DNA of 64,000 nucleotides from Acidobacteriota bacterium (GCA_032124015.1 JAQBEH010000096.1:11027-75026); one strand, 5' to 3'. Shown: positions 26,988 through 42,521, counted from the stretch's first letter. Notes: generated by a model from the sequence alone, not told the origin. Numbers and translations: made by a program.

Positions 26988-29410
26988 CGTTCGTCCACCT
27001 TCATCCCGAGCGCGCTTCCGACCTCTCGAAAGGCGTGGAGCCATTCCTCGCGTTCCTCGCCGGCGAGTCCGTTCGGCGCCGCGAGCGTCTTCCGGAGGCG
27101 CCACCACACGTCCTGCGCCCCCGAGAAATCGGAAGGGTCCGGAACGAGCGCGGCCGTCTCGACGAGCGCCGCGAGGTTACGGAGACTGGCGGCTTCTCCC
27201 GGCGCGGTTACGAGCGCGCGGAGGCCGCGTTCGATCGCCTCCGACAGGGCGAGCCCAACCGCGGCGTCCTCGAGGTTGATCCCCTCGGACGCTGCCTTTT
27301 CCAAAAGCTCCCTGATGGACGAGGGGTCGGGGGCCTCGGCCGTCGCCGCCCGCCGGAGATCCGCGTTCAGCACCAGCTCCGCGGCCGTCCTCAAAACCGA
27401 AGGAACCGGTGTTCCGATCCCGGCGAGGAACCGCATCAGCGGCTCGTTGGTCTCGTAGATACGGCGCATGCGTCCTTCGGCCTCCGTGAGCGTCTGCCGA
27501 AGGACGATCTTCATCGTGCGCCGCTGCTCGTCGCGGAACAGCGAGCGGATCGAATAGGTCGTCCCGCCGAACTCGCGGTCGAGCAGGCGGATGCACTGGG
27601 CGAGTTCCCCCTGCTCGAGGGCCGCGCGCGCGTCGGTGGCCAGTGCGTCGTACCGCTGCGAGCCGCCGTAGGCGCGGACGCCCGCCTGAACGTTGTGGTC
27701 GCCGAGGTGGAGCACTCCGTAGCTGAGCGTCTCCGCCTCGCCGGTGATGCGCGAAATGAATCGCGCGCGGCCGACGAGGAGCTTCTGCCGTCCCGAGCGC
27801 GTGCGCTTTTGATCTTCGCGCACGACGTCGTAGCAGTAAATCGTCGATCGCGTCCCGTAGGTTTCGAAGAGCGAATGGACGGCGAAGTGCGCCGCGACCT
27901 TCGCTAGGTCAACGATCGCGGGCTTCACCATCTTCGCCCAGACGACGGCGCCGTCGGCATGCTCGGGGATGTTGCTCTTGGCCTCGCGGAGCCGCTCGAC
28001 GAACTCGGCCTCCGCGTTCCAGCCGAGGGAGTCGACCGCGAGCTGGATGGCCCGGCCCGCGTACTGGATCACCTGAACCGTCTCGATCCCCGACAACTCG
28101 TCGAAGAACCAGCCGCAACTCGTATGCATGAGCATCGCGTAACGCTGGATCTCGAGGAGGCGGAGGGCCTCGACCCGCTCCGGGGGCGACAGCGCGCGCT
28201 TCGCGTGGCGCTCGAACCAAGCGTCGAGGGAGGGCGAGGAGCGGTCGAGGAGCACGTCGATGTAGGCGTCGCGCGCGTCCCAAGGATCCCGGAGCAGAAT
28301 CCCCGCCCGCTCCTCCCACACCGGTGCGAGCGAATCGCGCAACCAGTCGAGCGCGTTCCGGAGCGGCGTGCGCCATTTCTGGTTCCAGCCGGGGTGCCCC
28401 CCCGAGTTGCATCCGCAGTCCTTCCACCAACGGTCCACGCCGTGGACGCAGCTCCAGGAGCTGCGGTCGTGGATCTCGGCTTCGTGGGTCGGAGGATGCA
28501 GATCCAGAAACTCGCCGTAGACCGTGAGACGGACGGCGGGGTCGGAGTCCAAGACACGGACGGCGTAGGCGAGCGCCTTTTCCCCTTGCCGGTGGTGATG
28601 ACCGTAGGTCTCACCGTCGGTCGCGACATGGACGAGCTGCGGATGGTCGCGCCCGTCCGCGAACGCTTCCTTGAGACGCGCCGCGAAGCGCTCCCCGTTT
28701 TCGAGGATCCCTTCGAAGGCGATCCCCTGTGAGATCGGGCCGTCGTAGAAGAACAGGGCGAGCTTCCGGCCGGACGGGAGCTTGGCCTCGTAGGCCATCG
28801 AGGGATCGACGCGTCCCCCCGAAACGTCCTTCCACGCCCGCCCCCCGATGCGCCGGACGCGCCGGGCCTGGCTCGGCGCGAGAATCGTGAAACGGATCCC
28901 CTCCTCCGCGAGCAACTCGAGGCACTCGGTGTCCGCCGCGGTCTCGGCGAGCCACATTCCCTCCGGCTTCCTCCCGAAGCGGCTCTCGAAATCGCGCAGG
29001 CCCCAGCGGACCTGAGTTTTCCGGTCCCGCGCGTTCGCCAGGGGAAGGATCATGTGGTTGTAGACCTGCGCGATCGCCGGTCCGTGTCCGCCGAAGCGCT
29101 CGGCGCCTCGCCGATCGCCTTCGAGCACGGAGTCGTACGCCTCGGGATCGTGCTCGGCCATCCAGGACAGGAGGGTCGGACCGAAGTTGAAACTGATCCG
29201 CTCGTAGTTGTTCGCCAGGTCCACGATGCGGTCCGCCTCGTCGAGGACCCGCGCGGCCGCGTTCGGCGCATAGCACTCCGCCGCGATCCGCTCGTTCCAG
29301 TCGTGGTAGGGGTGCGCGGAGTCCTGCATCTCGATCGCCTCGAGCCAGGGGTTCTCGCGCGGGGGCTGGTAGAAATGGCCGTGGATACACAAATAGTGTG
29401 GGGCGCTCAC
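26984..29410 (-). CDS. Glycoside hydrolase family 57 protein with a long C-terminal (DUF3536-like) domain
   Basis: In frame in track ORF 26984..30493. GTG 29410 is preceded by GGGAGGG and overlaps the treZ stop (GTGA). The product starts [22 protein letters not shown], a typical GH57 N-terminus. Confidence 0.85.
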   Translation of the reverse strand: MSAPHYLCIHGHFYQPPRENPWLEAIEMQDSAHPYHDWNERIAAECYAPNAAARVLDEADRIVDLANNYERISFNFGPTLLSWMAEHDPEAYDSVLEGDRRGAERFGGHGPAIAQVYNHMILPLANARDRKTQVRWGLRDFESRFGRKPEGMWLAETAADTECLELLAEEGIRFTILAPSQARRVRRIGGRAWKDVSGGRVDPSMAYEAKLPSGRKLALFFYDGPISQGIAFEGILENGERFAARLKEAFADGRDHPQLVHVATDGETYGHHHRQGEKALAYAVRVLDSDPAVRLTVYGEFLDLHPPTHEAEIHDRSSWSCVHGVDRWWKDCGCNSGGHPGWNQKWRTPLRNALDWLRDSLAPVWEERAGILLRDPWDARDAYIDVLLDRSSPSLDAWFERHAKRALSPPERVEALRLLEIQRYAMLMHTSCGWFFDELSGIETVQVIQYAGRAIQLAVDSLGWNAEAEFVERLREAKSNIPEHADGAVVWAKMVKPAIVDLAKVAAHFAVHSLFETYGTRSTIYCYDVVREDQKRTRSGRQKLLVGRARFISRITGEAETLSYGVLHLGDHNVQAGVRAYGGSQRYDALATDARAALEQGELAQCIRLLDREFGGTTYSIRSLFRDEQRRTMKIVLRQTLTEAEGRMRRIYETNEPLMRFLAGIGTPVPSVLRTAAELVLNADLRRAATAEAPDPSSIRELLEKAASEGINLEDAAVGLALSEAIERGLRALVTAPGEAASLRNLAALVETAALVPDPSDFSGAQDVWWRLRKTLAAPNGLAGEEREEWLHAFREVGSALGMKVDER

Positions 29411-31230
29411 GAACCCTCCCGGTTCTGGGTGGAAAGAAAGACGGCGCAGGCGCGAGGTCCGACCTCCGCATGGGTGCCGGCGACGCCTAGGCCGCCCTCG
29501 CCGCCCCACCTGGGGTGGGCGGAGTCGAGGACGAGCCGCCAGGTCCCCTTGCCGAGCGGCACGGAGACCGCGGCCGGTCCGAAATTCAAAACGACGACGG
29601 AGCGCTCGGCGTTCCGCTCGCGGCGGAGCGCGATCGCTTCCGCGCCGGAGACGATTTCGGCGTCGAAGCCGAGGCGAGGGCCGGGGCCGAGCGCAGGCTC
29701 CTCCCGGCGGAGCGCGAGCAGGGCCTTGTGCCACTCGAACAGATTCCGCGCGCGCCCTGAGGCTGCCGCCTGCGGAGGGATCCGCGCGCTGTCGAAGGTC
29801 GCCTGGTCCTGGGGGTCGGGGAACGACCCCTCCGAGCCGAAGGCGGCGAATTCCTCGGCGCGCCCCTTCCTCACCGCCTCGACCAGAGCGCGATCGCCGT
29901 GGCTCACGAAGTAAGGAAACGGAGCGCTCTCGCCGTATTCCTCCCCCATGAAAAGGAGCGGCAGATACGGAGAGAGGATCGTCGCGGCCGCGACGACCTT
30001 CAGGATGTCGAAGGAGACGTGCGTCGAGAGCCGGTCCCCGTCCTTGCGGTTCCCCACCTGATCGTGGTTCTGCGCGAAGACGACGAAGCGGCGCGGATCG
30101 ACGTCGCGCGCGGGAGCGCCGTGACGCCTCCCGCGGTAGCCGGAGTGCGCGCCGTCCAGAACGAAGCCTTCGCGATAGGCCTTCTGCAACGGCTCGATCC
30201 CGCCGAAGTCGCGGTAGTACCCGCGCGATTCCCCGGTGACGAGGGCGTGGAGCGCGTGGTGGAAATCGTCGCACCACTGCCCGTCGAGCCCGAGGCCGCC
30301 CGCCCCGGTCGACCGCACGACCCTGGGGTCGTTGAGATCGCTCTCGGCGATGAGCCACACCTCCCGCCCCAGCCGGCCGGCACGTTCGCGCACCGTCTCG
30401 GCGAGCTCTTGGAGGAAGGGACGCGCGGAGGTATCCACGATGCCGTGGATCGCGTCGAGCCTCAGGCCGTCGACTCCGAAGGTCTCGATCCAAAACAACG
30501 CGCTCTCGATGAAGAAGCGGCGGACCTCATCGCTGCCGGCTCCGTCGAAGTTGATCGCTTCGCCCCACGGCGTCTTGTGATGCGCCGAAAAGTAAGGACC
30601 GAACTCCGCGAGGTAGTTCCCCTCCGGACCCAGGTGGTTGTAGACGACGTCGAGGACGACGGCGAGACCGAGCCGGTGGCACGCGGCGACGAACCGCTTC
30701 AAGGCCGCCGGCCCTCCGTAGGTGTTCTGAACGGCGAAGGGAAGAACGCCGTCGTACCCCCAGTTGCGTCCGCCAGGAAACTGCGCGACAGGCATCGGCT
30801 CGACCGCCGTGATGCCGAGCTCGCGAAGGTAAGGAAGGCGCGCGATCGCCGCATCGAGCGTGCCTTCGGGAGTGAACGTCCCGACGTGCAGCTCGTAGAA
30901 GACCGCCGTCTCCAGAGGGATCCCCCTCCAATCGCCCCGATCCGCCTCATGCGCCGAGGGATCGAACACGACCGAGGGCCCGTGGACCGTGTCGCGTTGG
31001 AGGCGCGAGGCCGGGTCGGGACGGAGCGGCCCGCCGTCGAGACGAAAGCCGTAGGCGGTTCCCTGCGGGACCGTATCCGCGACCGCCTCGAAGTGTCCCC
31101 GCGCGTCGCGCTCCATCGCGACGCGGCGCGCGGGCATTTGCAGGACGAGTTCCACGCGCTCGGCGCGCGGCGCCCAGACGAGAAACCGGCAGCGCCCGTC
31201 GGGGAGCGGGGTCGCTCCGAGTCTCGTCAC
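29407..31230 (-). CDS. treZ: Malto-oligosyltrehalose trehalohydrolase
   Basis: In frame in track ORF 29407..31545. GTG 31230 overlaps the glgB stop (GTGA). [21 protein letters not shown] and GLRLDA are GH13 motifs in a TreZ-like arrangement. Confidence 0.9.
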   Translation of the reverse strand: MTRLGATPLPDGRCRFLVWAPRAERVELVLQMPARRVAMERDARGHFEAVADTVPQGTAYGFRLDGGPLRPDPASRLQRDTVHGPSVVFDPSAHEADRGDWRGIPLETAVFYELHVGTFTPEGTLDAAIARLPYLRELGITAVEPMPVAQFPGGRNWGYDGVLPFAVQNTYGGPAALKRFVAACHRLGLAVVLDVVYNHLGPEGNYLAEFGPYFSAHHKTPWGEAINFDGAGSDEVRRFFIESALFWIETFGVDGLRLDAIHGIVDTSARPFLQELAETVRERAGRLGREVWLIAESDLNDPRVVRSTGAGGLGLDGQWCDDFHHALHALVTGESRGYYRDFGGIEPLQKAYREGFVLDGAHSGYRGRRHGAPARDVDPRRFVVFAQNHDQVGNRKDGDRLSTHVSFDILKVVAAATILSPYLPLLFMGEEYGESAPFPYFVSHGDRALVEAVRKGRAEEFAAFGSEGSFPDPQDQATFDSARIPPQAAASGRARNLFEWHKALLALRREEPALGPGPRLGFDAEIVSGAEAIALRRERNAERSVVVLNFGPAAVSVPLGKGTWRLVLDSAHPRWGGEGGLGVAGTHAEVGPRACAVFLSTQNREGS

Positions 31231-33149
31231 CGATCGCCCGCGCGATGCCACTCGAGGAAGAGCGCCGCGAGCGGCGGGAGGGTGAGGATCAGGGAGTAGG
31301 GCCGACCGTGCGCGGGGACCGGCGCGGCTTCGACCGTGCCGAGATTCCCCTGCCCGCTCCCACCGTATTCGACCGAATCGCTGTTCAACACCTCGCTCCA
31401 GAACCCGTCCTCGGGAACGCCGACGCGGTAGTTCGCGCGCGGGACCGGGGTGAAGTTCAAGACGACGAGCATCCACGTATCGGGCGATTTCCCGCGCCTC
31501 AGGAAGGAGATGACACTCTGCTCGGAATCGTCGGCGTCCACCCACTCGAACCCCTCAGGATCGCAGTCCCGCTCGTGGAGCGCTTTCGCGTCCCGGTAAA
31601 GGCGCCCGAGGTCTTCGACGAAGCGGAGCACGCCGGCGTGCTGCGGGAGCTCGAGTTGGTGCCAGTCGAGCGAGCGATCGTGGTTCCACTCCCGGCCCTG
31701 GCCGAACTCTCCGCCCATAAAGAGGAGCTTCTTGCCCGCTTGCGCGAACTGGTAGGCCAGAAGGAGCCTCAGGTTCGCAAACTGCTGCCAGGCGTCGCCC
31801 GGCATCTTCGCGAGGAGGGAGCCCTTGAGATGCACGACCTCGTCGTGAGACAGAGGGAGCGTAAAGCTCTCATGCCAAGCGTAGAGCATCCGGAACGTGA
31901 GCTTCCGATGATGCCACCGGCGATTGACCGGGTCCTCCTTAATGTAGTCCAGGGAGTCGTGCATCCAGCCCATGTCCCACTTGAGGCCGAAACCGAGCCC
32001 GCCAAGGTAGGTCGGGCGCGAGACCATGGGCCACGAAGTGGACTCCTCGGCGGTCGTTTGAACATCGGGGAACTCGGCGTAGATCGACTCGTTCATCTGT
32101 TTCAAGAAGGAGATCGCCTCGAGGTTCTCCCGTCCGCCGAAACGGTTCGGGATCCACTCCCCTTCCTTCCGCGAATAATCGAGGTAGAGCATCGAGGCCA
32201 CCGCATCCACGCGCAGGCCGTCGGCGTGGTAGTGGTCGAGCCAGAAGAACGCGGAGGACAGGAGGAACGAGCGGACCTCGTTGCGACCGTAGTTGAAGAT
32301 GAGGCTTCCCCAGTCGGGATGAACGCCTTGACGCTCGTCGGCGTGCTCGTAGAGATGGGTTCCGTCGAAGTACACGAGGCCGTGCTCGTCCGAGGGGAAG
32401 TGCGACGGGACCCAATCGAGGATCACCCCGATCCCCCGCCGGTGGAGCGTGTCGATCAAGAACATGAAGTCTTGCGGAGTGCCCTGGCGAGAGCTCGGCG
32501 CGAAAAACCCGGTGCACTGGTACCCCCAGGATCCGTAAAACGGGTGTTCCATCACGGGGAGGAACTCCACGTGCGTGAAAGAGAGACGCTCGATGTGGTC
32601 GGCCAGCAGCGGGGCGATCTCTCGGTAGGTAAGCACCTCTCCGTCCGCGCCGCGCTTCCACGATCCCAGGTGGACTTCGTAAACGGACATCGGGGCCGTG
32701 AGGGCGGCACGGGCCCCGCGGGTTTTCATCCAGTCGGCGTCGCTCCACTTGAAGTCGAGGCTCGCGACCACCGACCCCGTCGCTGGAGGAACCTCGGTGC
32801 AGAAGGCGAAGGGATCGGCCTTGTCGACGGTGTACCCGCCGCCGCGGGCAACGATTCGGTACTTGTAGACGGAGCCGATCGACGCTGCGCTTGCCGCGCC
32901 CCGCCAGAGCCCCGACTCCGCGATCGGCTCCATCGGGTTGGCTGACGGATCCCACCCGTTCCAATCGCCGAGGACCGAGACCCGCTCGGCGTTGGGGGCC
33001 CAGACGGTGAACGTCACGCCCTCGGTGCCCTTGCCGTCCATCCCAACACGCGCACCGAGCTTTTCGTAGAGCCGGCTGTGGGTTCCTTCATTGAATAGGT
33101 GCAGGTCTTGATCTCCAAGAACACCGCCCGTTGGTCTCCGTCGGGTCAC
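31227..33149 (-). CDS. glgB: 1,4-alpha-glucan branching enzyme
   Basis: In frame in track ORF 31227..34223. GTG 33149 overlaps the malQ stop (GTGA). [35 protein letters not shown] and [12 protein letters not shown] are present. Confidence 0.9.
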   Translation of the reverse strand: MTRRRPTGGVLGDQDLHLFNEGTHSRLYEKLGARVGMDGKGTEGVTFTVWAPNAERVSVLGDWNGWDPSANPMEPIAESGLWRGAASAASIGSVYKYRIVARGGGYTVDKADPFAFCTEVPPATGSVVASLDFKWSDADWMKTRGARAALTAPMSVYEVHLGSWKRGADGEVLTYREIAPLLADHIERLSFTHVEFLPVMEHPFYGSWGYQCTGFFAPSSRQGTPQDFMFLIDTLHRRGIGVILDWVPSHFPSDEHGLVYFDGTHLYEHADERQGVHPDWGSLIFNYGRNEVRSFLLSSAFFWLDHYHADGLRVDAVASMLYLDYSRKEGEWIPNRFGGRENLEAISFLKQMNESIYAEFPDVQTTAEESTSWPMVSRPTYLGGLGFGLKWDMGWMHDSLDYIKEDPVNRRWHHRKLTFRMLYAWHESFTLPLSHDEVVHLKGSLLAKMPGDAWQQFANLRLLLAYQFAQAGKKLLFMGGEFGQGREWNHDRSLDWHQLELPQHAGVLRFVEDLGRLYRDAKALHERDCDPEGFEWVDADDSEQSVISFLRRGKSPDTWMLVVLNFTPVPRANYRVGVPEDGFWSEVLNSDSVEYGGSGQGNLGTVEAAPVPAHGRPYSLILTLPPLAALFLEWHRAGDR

Positions 33150-35196
33150 GATCGATCCTCCCCTCGCCGCGCGCGATCGAGCGCGGTCATCGTCTCCCGC
33201 ACCGTTTTGCTGCGGGCCAAGTACTCCAGGCTCCAACGCGCCTTCCGGCGCCAATTGGGCCGCTCGTCGGTCGTTCCGGGTACGTTTTGCGGGCGCGTCT
33301 CCCCCCAGAGATCCTCGAGACTGACGACGACCCACTCCGCGCGCGTGCGCCCGAGCGCCGCGAGAGTCTCGCGGATCGGGGCCGTCGCCGATTGCTGCCG
33401 CTTCCCGAGGAGCTTGCGCAGCGCACGGCGCGCGATCGCGCGCCGTTTCGTCTCGCGACGCTCCCCGTTCGCGTCGAGAAACCCCAGTCGCACGCGCTCC
33501 CCGATGTCCGTCCCGGACCACCAGCCGGCAAAGGTCGGATGGTCGTGCGTGTTGAGCGCCGCGGCGGAAGCGGCCGGAACGGCGGTGAAGGCGCCGTCGG
33601 GATCGGAAGCGAGCTCCCGCTGCACCGCCCAGGTCCGCCGAAGTCCGTGCCTTCGCATCGCCGGACGAACGGGCGGCGGCACCGTCCCGAGATCTTCGCC
33701 GACGATCGCGGCTCCGGCCCGAGACGCCTCGAGGCAGAGCGCCGCGTAGAGTTCCTCCGCGGGGTATTCCACGTACGCTCCCGCGGCGGGCGGGAAGCCG
33801 CGAGGCACCCACCACAACCGGTGGAGTGACATCACGTGGTCGATCCTCAGCACGGAAGCATGCCGCAGGAGGTTTCGGAGGCAGAGGCGAAAATACGCGT
33901 GGCCATTGGCCCGCGCGCCCTCGGGATGAAGAGGAGGAAACCCCCAATCCTGGCCAAGCCCCGAGTAGTGATCGGGCGGGGCTCCTCCCGAGACCCCCTC
34001 GGCAAAGCGATCGGGGAACCGCCACGGGTCGAATCCGTCGGCGTGGACACCCAGCGGTAGATCGAGGTAGAGCGCCGTGCCGTCGCCTCGGAGCCGCGCC
34101 GCCAGGGCGGACAGCGCCTCTTCGAAACGGAACTGCGCGTAGAGGTGAACGCGAGCCGCCTTTTCCGGAGCGTCGCGAGCGGCAAGCTCGGCTCGCCGGA
34201 TGCGCTCGGGCCAGAGGCGCCAACCGGTCCCGCGCGCCTCGACGGCCGACCGGAAGCGCGCGTAGGCGAGAAGGTGCGGATCTTGCTCGAGGCGCGCTTC
34301 GAGGCGGCGCCGATCGTCTCCGCCCCGCTCGAAGAATTCGTCCGCGAGCGCATCGAGCACGAGGCGGCGGAGCGCGGCCATGCGCCTCCAGTCCACCAGG
34401 GGTGCGGCGCGCAGGCTCGCGAGCTCACCCGAAGCCGTCGAGGCGATCGCGCGCGCGCGCGCCGAGCGCGCGAACTCGGGGAGGGAGGGAAGATCGAGAA
34501 AGTGCTCGTTCCAGAAGAGGCGGCTGACCGGAGCGTAAGGGCTCGGGTCGAAGGGCGTCGAGAGGTACGTCGCGAACATCGGGAGCGTGGCGACGAGGCT
34601 CCCCCCGCGCTCGCGCGTGAACTCCGCGTGCGCCTCGAGCTCCGTCAGGCTCCCGCATCCCCAGTCCCGATCCGACCGCGCGGCGTAGAGCGGGAGGAAG
34701 GTCCCCCAGGCCCGTCGCCGCGGCTTCCCCCGGACATCGAGACGTCGCGGCGCGGAAAGGACGTGCGCATCCCGGGATTCGCCACCCCACCGCGCGCGAA
34801 GCGTGTGCGCTCCCGGAGGAAGACTCCGCGGAATCCGAACGGTACGCGCGGAACCCGAAACCTCCCAGCGGGAGATCCCGCCGTCTTCGGTTTCCAACAC
34901 GAGTTCGACGCGAGCCCGTCCCGCCGTTTTCGGCAGAGCGACGGGAACCGCGGGCGCGACGCCGTCCCACGCCACGATCGTCTTCGGGAGAACGCGTGCG
35001 GCGCGTTCGGCCGCGACGGCACGAAGGGCACCGTCCGCGTCATTCGCCACAGTCACAGGGGCACCGAGGGCGCGAAGAATCGCAAGCAGGGTCTCTTGCG
35101 ATGCGCGCTCGCGGCGTCCGGTGCGGACGCTCCGGTAGGTGCTCTGCACGCCGTGAAGCGCCGCGAGGCGCTCGATCGCCCGGTCGCGGGAGAGCG

Positions 35197-35200
<4 letters not shown>
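33146..35200 (-). CDS. malQ: 4-alpha-glucanotransferase (amylomaltase, GH77) with an N-terminal extension
   Basis: In frame in track ORF 33146..35419. GTG 35200 overlaps the treS stop (GTGA). [31 protein letters not shown] and [10 protein letters not shown] are present. Confidence 0.85.
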
Positions 35201-38550
<3,350 letters not shown>

Positions 38551-38566
38551 CCCTACCCTTTCCGCG

Positions 38567-40546
38567 TTAGAGCCAATAGTCGAAATCGCGCTCCGTCTTG
38601 AGCTTGCGCCGCACGCGAAACACGTGCGCGGGCGCTACGGCGGGATCGATCTCGACGAAGTTCCGTTCTCCCCGCCACAGGAACCGCGCATCGCCGAGCA
38701 GGTCGTGGACCTGATACGACCCGCTCGTCGGAAGGCCGATATCGGCGAGGTCCACGTACCCGGAGTGACGGTGGTGGGGGTCGAGATTCGCGACGATGAC
38801 GAGGACGTTTTTTGCGCTCGCGTCGCTCCTGCTGAAGGCGAACAGCTCCTCCCGGTCGGTGTCGTGGAATCGCAGCCCTTCCATCGTTTGCAGCGCGGGG
38901 TTGTCTCGACGAATCCGATTCAGCCGGGTCACGAGCGCCCGCATCGGCCGGGCGCGGGCGAGATCCCAGCGCTTCATCTCGAACTTCTCCGAGTCGAGGT
39001 ACTCCTCCCTCCCGGTTGCTAGCGGCTCCGCCTCGCACAGCTCGTACGCCGGGCCGTAGATCCCGTAGGACGAGCAGAGCGTCGCCGCGAGGACGAGCCG
39101 GAGACGGAAGGCCGCGGGGCCTCCCGCCTGAAGAAACTCCGGGAGGATGTCCGGGGTGTTCGGCCAGAAATTGGGCCGCAAGAAAGCAGCGAGGTCCGCG
39201 TCGGTCAGGCTGGTCAGGTACTCGCGGAGCTCGCTCGCGGTGTTGCGCCACGTGAAGTACGTGTAGGACTGGTGGAAGCCGACCTTCGCCAGGCGAGCCA
39301 TCACCTTGGGTCGGGTGAAGGCCTCCGAAAGAAAGACCACGTCGGGGCGCTCCCGGCGAATCTCCGCGAAAAGCCACTCCCAGAATGCGTAGGGCTTGGT
39401 GTGCGGGTTGTCCACGCGGAAGACCCGGACGCCGCGCTCGATCCAGAACGAGACGACGTCGCGAAGCGCCTCCCACAGGGCCTTCCATTCGTCGCACTCG
39501 AAATCGAACGGGTAGATGTCCTGGTACTTCTTCGGGGGGTTCTCCGCGTAGCGGATCGCCCCGTCGGGACTTCGCCGGAACCAGCCCGGATGCTCCGCGA
39601 CCCACGGATGGTCGGGAGCGCATTGAAACGCGAGATCGAGGGCGAGCTCGACCCCTTTCGCCCTCGCCGACACGACGAGGCGGTCCACATCGCCGATCGT
39701 CCCCAGCGCCGGGTGGACGGCGGTGTGGCCGCCCTCGACCGCGCCGATCGCCCACGGGCTTCCCAGGTCCTCGGGACCGGCGACGGTCGCGTTGTTTTTT
39801 CCTTTTCGGTTGGTCCGACCGATCGGGTGGATCGGCGGCAAGTAGAGGACGTCGAACCCCATCGCCGCGATCTCGTCGAGGCGGGCTTCCACATCCCGCA
39901 GGGTCCCGGGGCCCGCATCCGCGCCCCAGACCGATCGAGGGAATATCTCGTACCAGCTCGAGAATCGTGCGAGGACGGGATCGACCTGGACCGGCAGCGG
40001 CTCGCTCCGGGCTGCGGGAGCGCGATCGGCGTAACGGTCCATCCGTTCCAACAGGTCGTCGGCGGTCGCCGCCGCGAAGCGTTCCGACAGCCCCACTTTC
40101 TTGTCGGCGAGCCGATGCGCGGCTTTGCGGAGTGCCTCCACGTCGTCGTCGGTGGCGCGCTTTTGGGCCTGCGACACGAGCCGTGCACCGGCGACGAGGT
40201 CTGAGCGGACGTCGTCGTACTGTTCCGCTGCGAACCACTTTTCAAGGTCGCGGCGCCAGGTCCGAAACCGGTCCACCCACGCCTCGACGCAAAATTCGTG
40301 AAAACCGAGGCACTCGGCCGGAAACGTGGCGCTCCAGACGTCGTTTTGGAGCGGTTCCAACGGCGTCTCGCGCCAGGCGGTTTCCCCTGGCCCTCGCCAT
40401 CGTGTTACGGCCCGGATGACATCGTGTCCGTCGGCGTGGATGTCGGCGGTGACCTCGATCCGATCACCGAGACAACCCTTCGCGGGAAACCGTCCGCCAT
40501 CTACGGACGGTCGGAGATTCTCGACGACGACTCGTGAGGGATGCAC
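38567..40546 (-). CDS. glgE: Alpha-1,4-glucan:maltose-1-phosphate maltosyltransferase
   Basis: Track ORF, 659 aa. VENLRPSVDGGRFPAKG and FSSWYEIFPRS are a typical GlgE N-terminus. GH13 core motifs follow. Confidence 0.9.
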   Translation of the reverse strand: MHPSRVVVENLRPSVDGGRFPAKGCLGDRIEVTADIHADGHDVIRAVTRWRGPGETAWRETPLEPLQNDVWSATFPAECLGFHEFCVEAWVDRFRTWRRDLEKWFAAEQYDDVRSDLVAGARLVSQAQKRATDDDVEALRKAAHRLADKKVGLSERFAAATADDLLERMDRYADRAPAARSEPLPVQVDPVLARFSSWYEIFPRSVWGADAGPGTLRDVEARLDEIAAMGFDVLYLPPIHPIGRTNRKGKNNATVAGPEDLGSPWAIGAVEGGHTAVHPALGTIGDVDRLVVSARAKGVELALDLAFQCAPDHPWVAEHPGWFRRSPDGAIRYAENPPKKYQDIYPFDFECDEWKALWEALRDVVSFWIERGVRVFRVDNPHTKPYAFWEWLFAEIRRERPDVVFLSEAFTRPKVMARLAKVGFHQSYTYFTWRNTASELREYLTSLTDADLAAFLRPNFWPNTPDILPEFLQAGGPAAFRLRLVLAATLCSSYGIYGPAYELCEAEPLATGREEYLDSEKFEMKRWDLARARPMRALVTRLNRIRRDNPALQTMEGLRFHDTDREELFAFSRSDASAKNVLVIVANLDPHHRHSGYVDLADIGLPTSGSYQVHDLLGDARFLWRGERNFVEIDPAVAPAHVFRVRRKLKTERDFDYWL

Positions 40547-40784
40547 CTGGGCGACCTCCTTGCTCCGGTCTGAGGAAGCTCCGCGGAGCGATTTGGTGGC
40601 TGCTCGACGAACCGTGGCTCCGTCGCCGTGGGTACCGGTTCTGGCGTCGCCAGAACGGTGAAGAGCGTGTTACGCCGACCGTTATTGAGCATCCATCATA
40701 CACGCACGCGCCCGGGATGCGTTACGATTCGGCGGTCGGGGGACCTCCGCTTTGAGATTGGCGCCATGCTATGAGGTGACGACG

Positions 40785-42521
40785 ATGAGTGGCACGAGAC
40801 GTTCCTCCGCGCGCGTCGCGGCGATGATGGCTTTTCTCATCGTGCTTACGGCCGGTATCGCCTCCGTGACCTGGGCCGACGATCTCAAGCTCCCCGGCTT
40901 CCCTGGGACGTCCGAGCCGGACGCCGCAGCGACCGCAGAGGAACTGGCTCCGCAGGCGGGGCACGATGGGGTCCCCGTTCTCGTCGCCGGACAGGAGATC
41001 TACCGGATGCGGGCCGCGTTGGGCCCGTTTTCCGTCGAGGAACGGGCCGCGACCGCCGCGAGGCGGATCAAACGCCTCGTCGCCGCGCCGAGCTTCGACC
41101 CCGCAATGCTCGCCGTGCAGGAGCAGGACGGGCTAACGCGCATCGCGTACGGCAATGAGGTGCTCTTCACCGTTCTTCACGAGGATCTGTCGGACCTCGA
41201 GCGCGAAGCGGGCCATCCCGCCGCAGATGATATCGCGGAACGCCTCCGTACAGCCATCCGCATCGACCGCGTTGCGCGCACCCCGAGGCGGCTCGCCATC
41301 TCGTTTGCGCTAACGCTGCTCGTGTTCGGCGTCGCGGTCCTGCTCTTTCGCCTGCTCTCCAAAATGGCACGACGAGCACGCGCCTATATCGCGGCGGCGA
41401 AGGACACCCGGCTTCACGGCGTTCAAATCCGCGGCCTCGAGCTGATCTCGGGCGACACGATGGTTACGATTGTGCAGCGCGCTGCGAGCCTCATCCAGGC
41501 AGCGATCGTGATCTTCCTCGTCTACGTCGCCGCGTCGGTCGTCCTTTCGCTGTTCCCTTGGACCGCGCCCTACGTTCGCTCCTCCGTCGGCTTCGTGCTC
41601 AAGGCGGTGTGGGACGTGGTCGGCGCGATCTTCGGCAGTATCCCGAACCTGTTCATGATCGGGCTCCTGCTCTTCGTGATCCGTTACATCACTCGCTTCG
41701 TGAACTTCCTCTTCGATGCGATCGGACGGGGCGTGCTCGTGCTCCCCGGCTTCCACCCGGAGCTCGCCGCGCCGACGAATCAGATCGTTCGCTGGCTCGT
41801 CTGGGCTCTGGGACTCGTGGTGATTTTTCCGTACCTCCCGGGGAGCGGCTCGCCCGCGTTCCAAGGCGTCAGCGTGTTCATCGGACTCTTGGTGTCGTTC
41901 GGCTCGTCGGGGGCGATCGGCAACGTCGTCTCCGGTTTGGTGCTGACCTTTTCGCGCTCGTTTGCCGTGGGCGACCGCGTCAAGATCGGCGACACCGTCG
42001 GCGACGTGGTCTCCCACACTCTTTTGTCCACCAAGCTCATCACCATCAAGAACGAGGAAGTGACGATTCCGAACTCGTTGATCCTCAACAATCACATCAT
42101 CAACTACTCGGAGCTCTCCGCGGAAAAAGGCCTCATCCTCCACACGACGGTCACGATCGGTTACGACGTGCCGTGGAGACAGGTGCACGAGCTGCTGATT
42201 GCGGCCGCGCGAGCGTCGGACGGCATCATCGCGACACCGGAACCCTTCGTGTTCCAAACGAGCTTGGACGACTTCTACGTGAGCTACCAGATCAACGCCC
42301 ACACGAAAGAGCCCCAGCGTATGGCCGCGATCTACAGCGACCTTCACCAGAACATTCAGGACCGTTTCTTCGACGCGGGGGTCGAGATCATGTCGCCTCA
42401 CTACGGAAGCCTGCGGGACGGGAACGAGGTTGCGATCCCGCCGGACAAGAGACCGGCCTCCTACAGGGCGCCGTCTTTTAGGGTGCGTCGCACCGATGGC
42501 GGCGGTGAAACGGCTCCATGA
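40785..42521 (+). CDS. Mechanosensitive channel family protein (MscS-like core with a large N-terminal periplasmic/TM extension)
   Basis: In frame in track ORF 40752..42521. ATG 40785 is preceded by GAGGTG. Signal peptide. IGNVVSGLVLTFSRSFAVGDRVKIGD is MscS core sequence. Confidence 0.8.
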   Translation: MSGTRRSSARVAAMMAFLIVLTAGIASVTWADDLKLPGFPGTSEPDAAATAEELAPQAGHDGVPVLVAGQEIYRMRAALGPFSVEERAATAARRIKRLVAAPSFDPAMLAVQEQDGLTRIAYGNEVLFTVLHEDLSDLEREAGHPAADDIAERLRTAIRIDRVARTPRRLAISFALTLLVFGVAVLLFRLLSKMARRARAYIAAAKDTRLHGVQIRGLELISGDTMVTIVQRAASLIQAAIVIFLVYVAASVVLSLFPWTAPYVRSSVGFVLKAVWDVVGAIFGSIPNLFMIGLLLFVIRYITRFVNFLFDAIGRGVLVLPGFHPELAAPTNQIVRWLVWALGLVVIFPYLPGSGSPAFQGVSVFIGLLVSFGSSGAIGNVVSGLVLTFSRSFAVGDRVKIGDTVGDVVSHTLLSTKLITIKNEEVTIPNSLILNNHIINYSELSAEKGLILHTTVTIGYDVPWRQVHELLIAAARASDGIIATPEPFVFQTSLDDFYVSYQINAHTKEPQRMAAIYSDLHQNIQDRFFDAGVEIMSPHYGSLRDGNEVAIPPDKRPASYRAPSFRVRRTDGGGETAP

